NCBI RefSeq assembly: GCF_009914755.1
Contig: NC_060941.1
DNA: 64,000 nucleotides
Reading direction: 5' to 3' (one strand)
Origin: the human T2T-CHM13v2.0 reference genome, Homo sapiens
Shown: piece by piece, positions 42,901 to 55,013 of the stretch
Numbering within the stretch: the stretch's first letter is position 1
Layout of the letters: every line of letters begins with the position of its first letter
Program-made: the position numbers and the translations under genes
Notes under the pieces: generated by a model
Told to the model about the DNA's origin: nothing
Databases searched by the model: none
The model's input: the letters and a program-made list of their open reading frames with translations, nothing else

Positions 42901-43097
42901 GAGCCTTAAGGTCGACCTACAAACTACAGAGTTCCTAAGTTCTCTTTTTTCTCTATTTTCTTTTCTGCCTGCTTTAAATCTGCTGTTATTTTTCTATTAA
43001 GATCAAAACCACTGTTTGGATACAACAGTTTTTTTGCTTGCAAGCTGGTGAATTTGTATTTGTCTCATGGCTAAAGTTCTGAAGTAAAAGCTATAGG

Positions 43098-43137
<40 letters not shown>

Positions 43138-46100
43138 TTAAATGGCCTTTATAATTTTTATAATTTTATGTTTATTTGGCAATGAAGTCCATTTTAATTT
43201 CCCTCTAGCACCACCAGACTTTTTCTCTCTGTACCTTAAGACATAAATTTTGCTCTTTGATTTTTGCCTGAGTTGTTTCCTTTAATATGCAAACTTAAAG
43301 CCATTTAGCTGACAACTTCCTAGGGGATTAAAACAGGTTATTGAGAATTTGAAAGTCTAAGATAGTGGAAAAATCTTCTTATGAATCTATAAGATGTACT
43401 TCTATCAACATGCCTACTAGGTCTATGTATTTATGTGTTGTGTACACAATGTCTCACTACTGAAAATATATAAAAGAGCTCTAATTAATTGGCTTAAGAA
43501 AAAAAGCACTTAAATCAAATACTTATTAGGAAAAAAGAAAAGACTAGTTGAATGCTTTCTCAAGTTTATGTAACTTAAGTAAAATCTTTAATAAATAAGC
43601 TACTTTTAAAATGATTGGTAAAGTAATATTAGACATGTCTTAAGAATTGCCAGCATGCATTTTGTTTGCATTTATTAATCAAGCAATTTCATGTTTATCC
43701 CTGTCAAATACTATAAGGTGTCAAAATTTGGCATGGGGTTACAAAACTGTGATAGAATGATCTTTGCTTGTGTAATCCTTAATAAATAAGACATTGATAC
43801 TGGTTTAATAAAAATAGCCACATCTTGAATTTAGTCAGATTACCATAACTTCGAATCTTGTGGCTTTTAGTGGTCTAGTCCACAGGCAGTAATATTTACT
43901 TTGGGAATGAAATATTATAATCTTTGTTTCAAAGGTAAACTATAAACTATTTTCCTCTCAAAGTCTGTTCAGCCTGTGCTGGTAAGAAAGCTTAAAGAGA
44001 AATAATTTCATATGAGAAAGAATCTTGTATGGTAAATTTAGACCTAAAATAAAATGACTGATTGTTTAAGAAAGATGGATGTTCAAAACAAACTAGATAG
44101 TCCAAGCATATCATGAACAGTCTCTATAAGTCATAATAAGAGGATTTATTTTAAAAAAATACCAAAAAACTTTTATATGATTGAGTTGTCTATAATTAAA
44201 GGGAAATTATAATGGTCTTCCTGAAGATTGGGCTTCATGCTAAAAAAAACACTTATAGACTAAATAATTAGTTACAGCGATGAAATTTTCTTAAGGGATT
44301 GATTTACTCTTAATAAATTATAAGAGATTTTAATTTTTTAACCCAAAGTTCAACTATTTACTTGCTGTTTTCTCTCCCCTTCAACTTGTTTTCAGCTCAT
44401 ATAAGTTATTTTCCTTAAGTTCCGTTTGTTGTGGCCTGATGCTAACAATGTTTTCTAAAAGTCTAAAGGAAATGTTTTCTTCCAAAGTAATACTCTGTGC
44501 AGTGTAGAAGGTCTTTTCTTTTGCCTTTTGGTAATTGGCCTAACAGATTTTATGGCTTATTGAAACAATTCCTATGCCATTATTATTAATTTTTGGTTTG
44601 CTTAGGAAAAAGAAACTGAGACAATTTTTTTAAAAAATTAACGTTATTACATCCATGTATATTTCTGTGTGCACTTTGAAAGTACCTGTGACATTGAGTT
44701 ACCGGCCTTTAACTCCTGGATCTAAAAAGGAGACCAAGATCTGCTAAATCTTAAACACTGACAGCAATTAAAACCTCATCTTCAGGACTGGTAGAAGATG
44801 CCTATCAAAATAAGCTGCATTTCTGAGACGTAAGGCCATAAATCAAAGCTATTCAGCTCTTCAAGGCTCAGGAACTATCACAGAAGAGGTAGGCATGTGA
44901 GATTATAAGGGCTGATTTTGAGAGATAAAATAAGTTCAGTTTCTATACAAGTTAATAATTGATGTCAAAGGCACACTGATGCAATACCAGCATATGGGCC
45001 CCTGTGTCAGATTAACAAGGTTTTCTTGAAGTGTTAACTGACCCCTTAATAAAGGTTATAAAGGTTATAAAAGGCTTATGAAAGTTGTATCTTATGGTCA
45101 AGATTAAAATGTTATAGATTGTTTAAAAAATTTTGAAAAACAAATTTAATTGGCTTTATGCTGTTTTATTTGGGCTTATTGTTTGAAAAATTGACTTATT
45201 TTATGATGACCTGTCATATCAAGTGTTTTAAACCTTTGATATTTGACAAACTTTCCAAAATCAAATTACAAGTTGTGTATTTTTCTGACCTAATTAATCC
45301 TTTAAGATATTAGTTTCCCTCAAGTCCAAAAATGAAATAATTTGACTTATTTGGTATAAAAATTATACAGGAAGCATTGTCAAATATAAAATGGTGTTTG
45401 GTTTTATTTGGGCTGTATTTGTATAAAATTGTTATTGGTATGTGCACCAAAATTATGGGAAACTCCTATAATTCTGATATGACCTGGTGTACATTATCAG
45501 TAATAATTATGATTGTTATATTAAATTATTTTGTGCCATGGTGGTAACAAATTTTCTTGTCAATTGTGTTTTCGCCTATGGCTGACCTAAAACTTTTTGT
45601 CACCCATGGACAATTTTTGTCTTGTTTTAGTCCTCTTTAGAAGATGGTTTTATAATCAGCTATAAAACTCTAACAGGTATTCTTGAATGCAGGTTTCTAA
45701 TAACTCTGGAGATTGTGACATCACAATGAAGGAAAAGCTTTCAGGACTCATGGAGACCTGAAATGTTCATGAATAGCAAGCAGAACAGGAATTAACTGCA
45801 TGAACTGAACTAACAGAAGACTGAAGTAATCTTTTTGACTTTTCGCTTAAAACATTGCTGACCCTTTATTTTGTTTTTTTCAGTCAAGGAAACTTTTCTT
45901 TTGAGCTGTTGTCAGCTTTTAACAAGTTAGTATACTCCTGTGAAAAATATTTGGAGCATATTTGTTTCTCTCTACCTGATTTTCCCCAGAATTGGAAACT
46001 ATCTGTGAGTATTCTTAACTTATGGCAATACAGTTATTTGCGTAAGTGCAATAAGAATCTGTTGTCATTTGTAACAGGACACGATAAATTGGTCATTTTA

Positions 46101-46401
46101 CCAAGGCTTTTACTTGAATGGTGTGCTCTTCTTTGAGGAATCAAACTTGACTTATGGAGCCAATAAAAGCCCCTTGGGAGAACTGGCCTCATACCTTATC
46201 TACACAGTCCCTGTACAGGGTTCCTGACCTGTGGTAAGTAAAGCATGTCACTTTCTAACAGTTCCAGGAGCCCCAAGTTTATCTTGGAACCTCAAGAGGA
46301 GAGGAATTCACCCAACTCATAGGTATTTGATGGTACAAATCCATGGCTAGGCTAAGCTTTCCAAAAGTCTTATCCGAAATTCCTTCTATGGAACAAAGTT
46401 C

Positions 46402-47363
46402 TGATAGGGACAGGGGACAGGGAAATTCTAGGCAGAAAAGGATAGGTCTCTGACAAAACCCCACCTTCAAGCTGAAAAGCCTTAAACCATGGCCCAAAGT
46501 GACAACTTATATCCCTGTTTTCCTGCTTGAAAGTTGCCTTTTTCTAAACCACTCATGGCCCCATCCTGTCCCATCCTGTGCCTGTGAAGATCTCAGACTG
46601 AGCTGGCAGAGGCAAGAAGCAGCTGGATGTTGGGGACTACAGCCGGACATCAGAGAGAAGCAGCTTGACTGCAGAGGGACAGCTTGATGGTGTAACCTTG
46701 GAGAAGAATCCGGCTGGATACAGCCTAACTTTGAGGAAGATTACCTACCCACCCCATCCTTTTTCAGCTCTCTTCCTGCTAAGAGCCACTTTCATCAGTA
46801 ACAAAATCCCCCACATTTACCATCCTTTGATAGGTTCATGTGACCTCACCTTTCCTGGACACCAGACAAGAGCTTGGGAGCCAGGAGAGCAGATACAAAA
46901 GGCTGTCACACTGGCCTTCTGCTCTTGCTGGTGGAGGGCAGCTGCCTCATGCAAAAAGGCAGAGGGCTCAGTGAGCTGTTGACACTTAAGCCATCCATGG
47001 AAGGCAGAGTTAAAAGAGCACTGTAACATGACTTCTGGGGCTATGGGAGTTGCAGGCACCTCCACCTAGATGCTGCTGTGGGGCCCGCACAGAGTTTGCT
47101 CCTGCCAGCACCCAAAAGCACTCACTCTGGCTCCTGCACCCATTCACCTGCATGCTTCCTTTCATGAGCAGGGGACTGCAGCAGGTCCAAGTGAGTGAAG
47201 TTTGATCCTGCAGCACTGAAGTGCTGATTCCAGCACTCATGCACTCCAGTTCCTGCCTCATTTGCTTGCATGCTCTCTCCTGCAAGGAGGTGAGAGTGGC
47301 AGGCTGAATAAATGAGGCCCTGTCACAAGTCCCACAGAAGGGTCAGGGAAACATCCTGCTTCA
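46402..47363 (+). mobile_element. ERV1 solo LTR (LTR1/LTR27/LTR28-like) nested in the MER4 interior
   Basis: TGATAGGGACAGG...CATCCTGCTTCA with TG..CA ends; imperfect 4-bp TSD GTTC/CTTC; GC-rich against AT-rich flanks. Confidence 0.75.
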
Positions 47364-49428
47364 CTTCCATCAAAGAGAATTTAAAAGCTTATGCAAAAAA
47401 ATTATTACTATTACTATGACTGTGCTGTGTACAATAATCAGGTCAAGTATAATAAAGCAAATCAGCTCTGCCATGATTTGTCTTTAGTAAAAATGGTAAA
47501 TGGGAGAGAGAAGAATTGTTTCAAAAAATGATAGTACACCTGTTGTTAGATTCTAGTCTTGCCTAATGTTTTTCCATTTTTATTAATTTTTACAGTTTGG
47601 ACTGAATTCTAATTTTTCTTGGCTACAGGTCTTCAAAAGATTGTCTTCAGTTTTTTTCTTCTTCTTCTTTCCACCATTTTTCCTAATTTGGAGTCACCGA
47701 AAACTCATCTGTGCTTTTATAAAGCCCTGTGAACTGCAGCTATAAGATTTAAACTTCAGAAGAAAATATTAGCAACCTTTTCACATACTTGAGCCTCTTT
47801 CATACCTGCCTACTGATATATGGACTTCCGAGTAATGTGGCCCATATTGATTTTCCAGGATTGTTCTTTTGTTTATTTTTGTTTTTCTCCCTTCCTTTCC
47901 CTATTTTCTCTTCATAGGACATGAAACTTCACAACCTGCTAAAAATGAACTTTCCTAATAACTCAGGAATTATCTGTCTAGGAATAAACAATCCTAGCCA
48001 TGAGATATCAGATGAAACTTGAGACCAAAGACTGACTTTCTTCTAAAATGCTTTCTCAAAAAGATTTTTAAGAAGAAATGGGCGGAAATGTGAAAGGAAA
48101 ATAAACCTTGGGGCCCTGAAATCACTAAGGTAAAGGGGAAAGTCAAGCTGGGAACTGCTTAGGGCAAACCTGCCTCCCATTCTATTCACAGTCACCCCTC
48201 TGCTCACAGAGATAAATGCATATCTGATTGCCTCCTTTGGAAAGGCTAATCAGAAACTCTGAAGAAAGCAACCATTTTTCTCTTATCTACCTATGACCTG
48301 GAAGCCCCTCCCCACTTAGAGTTGTCCCGGCCTTTTCCGGACGGAACCACTGTTCATCTTACATATGTTGATTGATGTCTCATGTCTCCCTAAAATGTAT
48401 AAAACCAAGCTGTGCTCTGACCACTTTGGGCACCTGTCTTCAGAACCTCCTGAGGCTGTGTCACAGGTGTACATCCCCAACCTTGGCAAAATAAACTTTC
48501 TAAATAAACTGAGACCTCTCTCTGATTTTGCGGGTTCAGAAGGCTATACTGAATTGTCCCCTGTGTGAAGCCCAGCAGGAGCCTTTCACAGCAGGTTCTT
48601 TTCACTTGAACCTTCGTGCATCAGCACCTAACTCTTTCGCAAGATAAGGGGTCCTACGGAATACCAGCAGACCCACCAGAGGGTTACAAGTTCCTGATAC
48701 CTAGTACAACCTGGGAAAGAGAGCAAAAGCCCTTTATTCCTGATGTAGCTTCCCCAATCTCTAGCCAATTTGCACCAAAAGCCCAAGAAACTCCTAACTA
48801 CAAATTCCTTCCAGGGGTGGGGTGTGTGGGAGGGTGGGCAGGGACTTCTCTGGGGTCCTGCATGCACAGCTAGGCTCAAGGTTCAGCTTATAGTAACCTT
48901 TTCCTCATTTTAATAGTAAAAACAGCCACAACAAGAAAAACACCCCTAGGCGGAGATTTCATATGCTAATGATACATGCAATGGGTGTTACACCATGTTG
49001 ATCCTGAGCACATGTGCCAACCGCAGGTCTGCCTTTGCATACTTGACCTCACCGGTACTTTTTGATTATGTACGTATAGCTCTCATGAGAGGAATTCCTT
49101 TTACAGCACTAGCTGCTGTCTCTCCCATTGAGCAGCCCACTCTGCCTCTCAAAGGGTACTTTTGCTTTGCAACAAACTTCTTCGCTTACTCTTACTTTGG
49201 ATTTGCTCTCAAATTCTTTCGCGCAGCAAATTCAAGAATCTGAACTGGTCCACCAACAACAAAATAACAAAATTCCCTTATATAACATTTGGAGTCTGCC
49301 TTAACTGATTTGAATCAAGATGGAATGCAGTAGGATGAGATGTACTTTTTAAATTTCACACAGAAGAGTGAGGAGTATTACCATGATATCATAAGTTCTA
49401 AAATAATGGATGAACTTACAAACAACAA

Positions 49429-49607
49429 TACTGGGGGCTTTACCTATCCCAAAGCATTCCGTATATCAAATTGAAACAATGAAAAGCTTCTCTTCTATTT
49501 TAGTTTATCTGTGACATTACTAGGGGTTATACATATCCCAAACCATTCCGTATATCAAATTGAAACAATCAAAAGCTTCTATTTTATTTTAGTTTATGTG
49601 TGACATT
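49429..49607 (+). repeat. Diverged 89-bp tandem duplication
   Basis: tatcccaaa(g/c)cattccgtatatcaaattgaaacaat(g/c)aaaagcttct occurs twice, 89 bp apart. Confidence 0.9.
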
Positions 49608-49770
49608 GGAGCAGTTTGGCACTATGATTTCATCCCTGAAGTCTTACTTTGGAATCATGCTTTGAGAATCCCCTTCTACTGCATTCCCACCTCACCCCCA
49701 TGAATCAGTAAACTCAGTGAAAATTATCACAAAAAATGCAAAAAACAATAAAAGATTTCTAAATGAAAAG

Positions 49771-49776
49771 TTTAAT
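49771..49776 (-). terminator. Candidate poly(A) signal ATTAAA of KRTAP4-8
   Basis: TTTAAT on + strand about 530 nt past the stop; no AATAAA seen nearer. Confidence 0.5.
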
Positions 49777-50301
49777 ACAATATATTTTGTGAACACAATA
49801 AAGATAAAGAACTAATAAAATAGAAAAATTCTGGCAAACTTGAACAGTGAGAGAAAGAGGGAGCAGGGAGAAAGCGGGAGAGCACGGGAGGGGCAGCCTC
49901 CTACCTTTCCAAAAGAAAAGAATGACTGAAAGGCTGACAGACAAATAGTATGTTTGAAAGGGAGATAATGTGTACCTAATTGGGAAGGATATTCTGTAGG
50001 CTCAAAATGATTTTAAAAAATGAGGAATTTAGAGGATTGGAATTATTTCTTAGCTAGTGGATTACAAATTAATTCGTATTTGGTGCCATGACTGGAAGAA
50101 AAATAAAGCAAGGGAGGGAGTTTAAAATGAACCAGAATGTTCTCACAGAGTCAGCGGGATGGTGATGGGCTCATTGGATACATGAGGTCCACCCTGCTGA
50201 ATGACATCAATCCCACTCCATGTGTCCTAATATTCAGCACAGAAGAATGGTCTACATTTGTGGACCAGCGGCGAAGGGAGAGATGAGCCAGGGCAGTGGG
50301 C

Positions 50302-50889
50302 TCAGCAGCAAGAGGAGGCGCAGCACACGGGGCGGGGACAGGTGGAGATGACACAGGTTGGGCGATAGCAAGTGGTGTGGCAGGAGACTCGGCCACAGAC
50401 TGGACGCACGCAGCAGCAGGGGCGGCAGCAGCTGGATTCACAGCAAGAGGGGCGGCAGCAGCTGGAGATGCTGCAGCTAGGGTGGCAGCAGGTGGGCTGG
50501 CAGCACACAGACTGGCAGCACTGGGGCTTGCAGCAGCTGGACACACAGCAGCTGGGGCGGCAGCAGCTGGAGATGCAGCAGCTAGGGTGGCAGCAGGTGG
50601 GCTGGCAGCACACAGACTGGCAGCACTGGGGCTTGCAGCAGCTGGACACACAGCAGCTGGGGCGACAGCAGCTGGAGATGCAGCATCTGGGGCGGCAGCA
50701 GGTGGGCTGGCAGCACACAGACTGGCAGCACTGGGGTCTGCAGCAGCAGGACACACTGTAGCTGGGGCGGTAGCAGGTGGTCCTGCAGCAGGTGGTCTGT
50801 CAGCAGCTGTGGCAGCAGCAGGTCTCCTGGCAGAGGTCTTGGCCACAGCCTTGGTCAGAGCACACGGAGCCACAACAGGAGTTGACCAT
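50302..50889 (-). pseudogene. KRTAP4-8: KRTAP4-8, nonsense (null) allele: 195-codon frame with TGA at codon 30
   Basis: ATG at 50889 gives [29 protein letters not shown] (TGA at 50802-50800); frame otherwise open to ...CCASSCC TGA; extra A before the ATG. Confidence 0.9.
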
Positions 50890-50972
50890 TGGTGTCAGAG
50901 GGTGAAGGATCTATTTGGGTTTCCAAGAGAGTAAAGTTCTTGAGTTTGGAAGTTTCCTGGGTCCATAGCCCC

Positions 50973-50978
50973 TTTATA
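50973..50978 (-). promoter_or_regulatory. TATA box of KRTAP4-8
   Basis: GGTATAAAGG on the - strand. Confidence 0.85.
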
Positions 50979-51590
50979 CCCGCCTGAAGGCCCGTTGCCA
51001 CCACGTCATTATTTCCTTGTTATTATTTACCTACTGAAAAAATTAATCATGTAATTACATCATTGTGTGTTTCTAGTTAAATACTCCAAAACAGAGAAAA
51101 TAACTCATTTTCTTTTCCTGCTGTGCTCCTGTGTTTCCATTGGAAATGCTTGTCATATTTCTTCCTTGGTGGGGGTCACCTTTGTCCCTGGTCTATGCAG
51201 TGTCTTTTACAAAGCACTGGTCACAGGACTCTCTGACATTTTGTTTTTAAATATGACTCTCCCTCCTACCTGTAGATTGCTGTCTGCAAATAATGGGGGA
51301 CGATTTTTATAATGTGAATGTATCTTTCATTGTCAAAGAACGTCCTGGTCAGGTGAAATGTTGGGAAGGAATTAGAAGGAAGGACTCATTTGTGGAAGGA
51401 TCTCCCATCTGTAATGAGGATGACTCTGATCCCGTGTGTGCATCTCGGATGGTCGGGCAGATGGTCAGATCCCAACAAGTTCTAAACTCTTTGTCAGATC
51501 TTATTCCACAGCCTCCAGCAAAAGTACTTACCCATGACTCACTGCCTTTAAAGGGTAAAAACACATTTTGCTGTATTTCTTACAGTATAG

Positions 51591-51916
<326 letters not shown>

Positions 51917-53189
51917 TGATTAATCTTTGATCATCAAAATTGCGTGATGCATTTTTCATTTACAAAAGCATTTGTTATATATGAAGAATATTTAGAATTA
52001 TTAAGCCTTCAATAACATGCATCCAAGATGTTCTATTGGGTACTCTGGGTGTAGAACAGATAAACCCTCATCTTTTTCTTGCAGGTACTTGCATAAGACA
52101 CATGGATAGGAAACAGTTTGGCAGAACTGAAAAGAATTACAATTATTTTCATTAAACAACTAAAATAAAAAATGTATAATATGTGGATAAGTTCCATACA
52201 CCCTCATGGTATGTATATTACTTGTGAAGTATTGACTATGTAGCAGGCATTGTACCAAATATCTTACATTTGTTTCATTTTCACACTTTAATACAACCTT
52301 ATGAACTAGTTTATATTCTTATTAGTCTTTTAGGGGAATACTCAAAAGAAGCATTAAAAACTTAAAACAAACAAACAACTTGTCCAAGGTTAAAGAGAAA
52401 GTAAGCCTAATATGTCTTAGTGTAGCCAAGAAAGCCGTAAAGAATACAATTTGCTAAGCTTGCTGAAACTGCTTCATCTTCTTGGAATGTTTCATCTTTT
52501 TTTGTCCACTCTGCAAACTCCTACTCATGTGTCAAGACCCAGTTAAAATATTTCCTCCTCAATAATATCTTTCCTGCTAAGCTACCCCATTCATGTATCA
52601 TGATTTCCTGCCTTGTGCTCATAATTTGTTACATTCTCCTGTATCATAGTCATTTACTTCTGTCATTCCACCACGTGCAATGCAAATACCCTGAAGGCAT
52701 GGGCTATGGCATTTATTCTTGTTACCATGATACTCAGCACAGAGAACACTGGTGGTAAATGTTTGTTGAGTGAAGGAAGGCTTTTGATGACATAGAGGCA
52801 TGTAAGGTCCTTTAAAAATGTATATATCTTTTGACTTCTGGATAAAAGAGAGGAAAACATTCCAAACAAAGAGATCATAATTTCATTTCAGGAAGACTAA
52901 ACTAATTTACGTGGTAGGTAACATGTCATCTGATAAATAACATATGTGGAAAGTTGTGGAAGTTAAGATTCAATTTATAGAATGAGACTTGTTTATAGAT
53001 AACCAGGAATACAGTGTTGAACGTGCATGCCTATATTCACACAGTAAAAAGACAGGAAGGAAGTAAACGCCAGATGGTAGCACTGGTTCTCCTTCACCTC
53101 CTGACTCCCTCGTTTTACTCTTGTCGATTGAAATAACTATTATTTCCAGTTTCGTATCAGTCAGCCAAAAATGTTTGTTGATCATCTGT

Positions 53190-53400
53190 TGTCTTAACTT
53201 AAATTCTACCCAATGCAAACCTTGAGAAAAATACCTGGGTGCACATAATTTATTTGGGGGATGATCCCAGGAAGCACAAGTGAGGAAATGGCGAAAGTAA
53301 GACAGAAAAGGTAGAAAATCCCAACAGTGTTTGTGTTAATGGTAGGACCCCCACTGTGGGCATCTGGGGATGAACCCCGGGGACAGGCCTGAGGCTGGAG
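53190..53400 (-). mobile_element. Old ERVL LTR fragment (LTR33-like)
   Basis: gtgcacataatttatttgggggatgatcccaggaagcac...aagtaagacagaaaagg. Confidence 0.55.
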
Positions 53401-53560
53401 GCACTTGGCCACCATGATTGCACACCTACAAAATCCTGGAGAGTCAGCTGGGTATTAGTATGAATCATGAGATCAGATAAAATATGAACTTATACTAATC
53501 TATAGACTTTTTATACACTAGCAATAATTGTCTCTAAAATTTAATGGAGAAAAATCACAG

Positions 53561-53732
53561 TGGGGCCTGTCGTGGGGTGGGGGGAGGAGGGAGGGATAGC
53601 ATTAGGAGAAACACCTAATGTAAATGACGAGTTAATGGGTGCAGCACACCAACATGGCACATGTATACATATGTAACAAACCTGCACATTGTGCACATGT
53701 ACCCTAGGACTTTAAGAATAATTTTAAAAAAG
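53561..53732 (+). mobile_element. Very short L1PA 3' end
   Basis: ggggcctgtcgtggggtggggggagg...gcacatgtaccctaggacttta. Confidence 0.9.
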
Positions 53733-54249
53733 AACAATGTGCTCACAATTCTCAAGAGTAAATAGAAAAATATGTAAATAAATCTGCCAAGCCTATGTGA
53801 AGGAAAGTGTTAATATTTCCTGAAGGACATAAAATAACGTTTGAATAAATGTCAGAACAAGAGATGTGCAACGAAAGCCAAGTTTTCAAATAAATACATA
53901 CATGTGTTATGCATGCATTTAATGAGGATGTATCTCAATTTGTAACATTAGGTATTGAATGGGATTGGCAAAGACCGTGATGGGAAACTTACCTTTGGTT
54001 GCATTCTTTTGTATTGTCTAAATGTTTAAAGAGCATATATTTGTGTATAAATGATATAAAAATCCTTAGAAAATAATAAATTTGATTTATATAAAATTCA
54101 TAATTTTTTCTACAGATTCTGTTAAGTATGTTTTCTGCTATTATGTTTACATTCTTATTTCTTTCAGGAACTAAAATATTAAAAGTACATTTCAGTCAGT
54201 CATTTGAGCTCTCAAATTAGCTATCATGAATTTCAAATTGTTTTGGGGG

Positions 54250-54340
54250 ACAGGCTGGGTTCCCCAGGAAGCAGACACTGAGATGGAGAGCAATATGCAG
54301 GAGGTTTATTGAAGCATGCTCTTGGGATTAACACTGGGGA
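54250..54340 (-). mobile_element. Old ERVL LTR 3' end (LTR16-like) supplying the stop codon and AATAAA to KRTAP4-16
   Basis: gggttccccaggaagcagacactgagatggag...tgcaggaggtttattg...ctcttgggattaacac. Confidence 0.6.
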
Positions 54341-55013
54341 AATGAGGGGAGGGGAGGGGAGGGGAGGGGAGGGGAGGGGAAAGTGAAGGGAGAGAAGGGG
54401 AAGGGGAAGGGGAGGGGATTAACACTGGGGAGAGGAGGGGAGGGGAAGGGCGGGGAGGGGAGGGGAGGGCAAGGGAAAGGAAGAAAGGGAGGGGAACGGG
54501 TGGGGAAGGGAAGGGGAGGGGAAGGGGAGGGGAGGCACAGCACAAGGGGTGGGGGCAGGTGGAGATGACACAGGTTGGATGATAGCAAGTGACGTGGCAG
54601 GAGACTCGACCACAGACTGGACGCAGGCAGCAGCAGGGGCAGCAGCAGCTCGATTCACAGCAAGAGGGGCAGCAGCTGCTGGAGATGCAGCAGCTGGGGT
54701 GGCAGCAGGTGGGCTGGAAGCACACGGAATGGCAGCACTGGGGTCTGCAGCAGCTGGACACACAGCAGCTGGGGTGGCAGCAGGTCGTCCTGCAGCAGGT
54801 GGTCTGACAGCAGCTGGGGCGGCAGCAGGTGGGCTGGCAGCACACGGAATGGCAGCACTGGGGTCTGCAGCAGCTGGACACAGAGCAGCTGTGGGAGCAG
54901 GAGGTGGTTCTGCAGCAGGTGGTCTGACAACAGCTGGGGTGACAGCAGTTGGGTGGGCTGGCAGCACACAGACTGGAAGCACTGGGGCTGCATGGCATCT
55001 TTGAACTGCACAT
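54306..55013 (-). CDS. KRTAP4-16: Putative KRTAP4-16: chimeric 235-aa ORF (may be a non-expressed pseudogene)
   Basis: ATG at 55013 ([10 protein letters not shown]...); KRTAP4 core at about 54533-54991; Pro/Ser/Leu tail; lacks the KRTAP4 N-terminus, 5' UTR and TATA. Confidence 0.7.
   Translation of the reverse strand: MCSSKMPCSPSASSLCAASPPNCCHPSCCQTTCCRTTSCSHSCSVSSCCRPQCCHSVCCQPTCCRPSCCQTTCCRTTCCHPSCCVSSCCRPQCCHSVCFQPTCCHPSCCISSSCCPSCCESSCCCPCCCLRPVCGRVSCHVTCYHPTCVISTCPHPLCCASPPLPLPFPSPPVPLPFFLSLALPSPPRPSPPLLSPVLIPSPSPSPSLPSLSPPLPSPPLPSPHFPSVNPKSMLQ
54336..54535. repeat. (GGGGA/GGGAA)n polypurine tract, G-quadruplex/H-DNA prone
   Basis: More than 20 G3-G5 runs; GGGATTAACACTGGGG occurs twice. 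Confidence 0.95.

Larger units (their letters stand above)
40234..48540 (+). mobile_element. MER4A-type non-autonomous ERV1 provirus (5' LTR 40234-40728, 3' LTR 48089-48540)
   Basis: Both LTRs start TGTGAAAG(T/G)AAAATAAA; purine tract before the 3' LTR; 4-bp TSD AGGC at 40230-40233 and 48541-48544; AT-rich non-coding interior. Confidence 0.88.
40206..49260 (+). mobile_element. ERV1-class solo LTR (MER61/MER83-like) split by a provirus into 40206-40233 and 48541-49260
   Basis: Starts TGAGGCAGGATAAATAAGG and resumes after the TSD; LTR-like 3' part with ATATGCTAAT. Confidence 0.6.

Noticed and set aside
50302-50754. 150-aa ORF as an intact KRTAP4-8 product
   Set aside because: Its start is GTG (Val46) downstream of the premature stop, not an ATG
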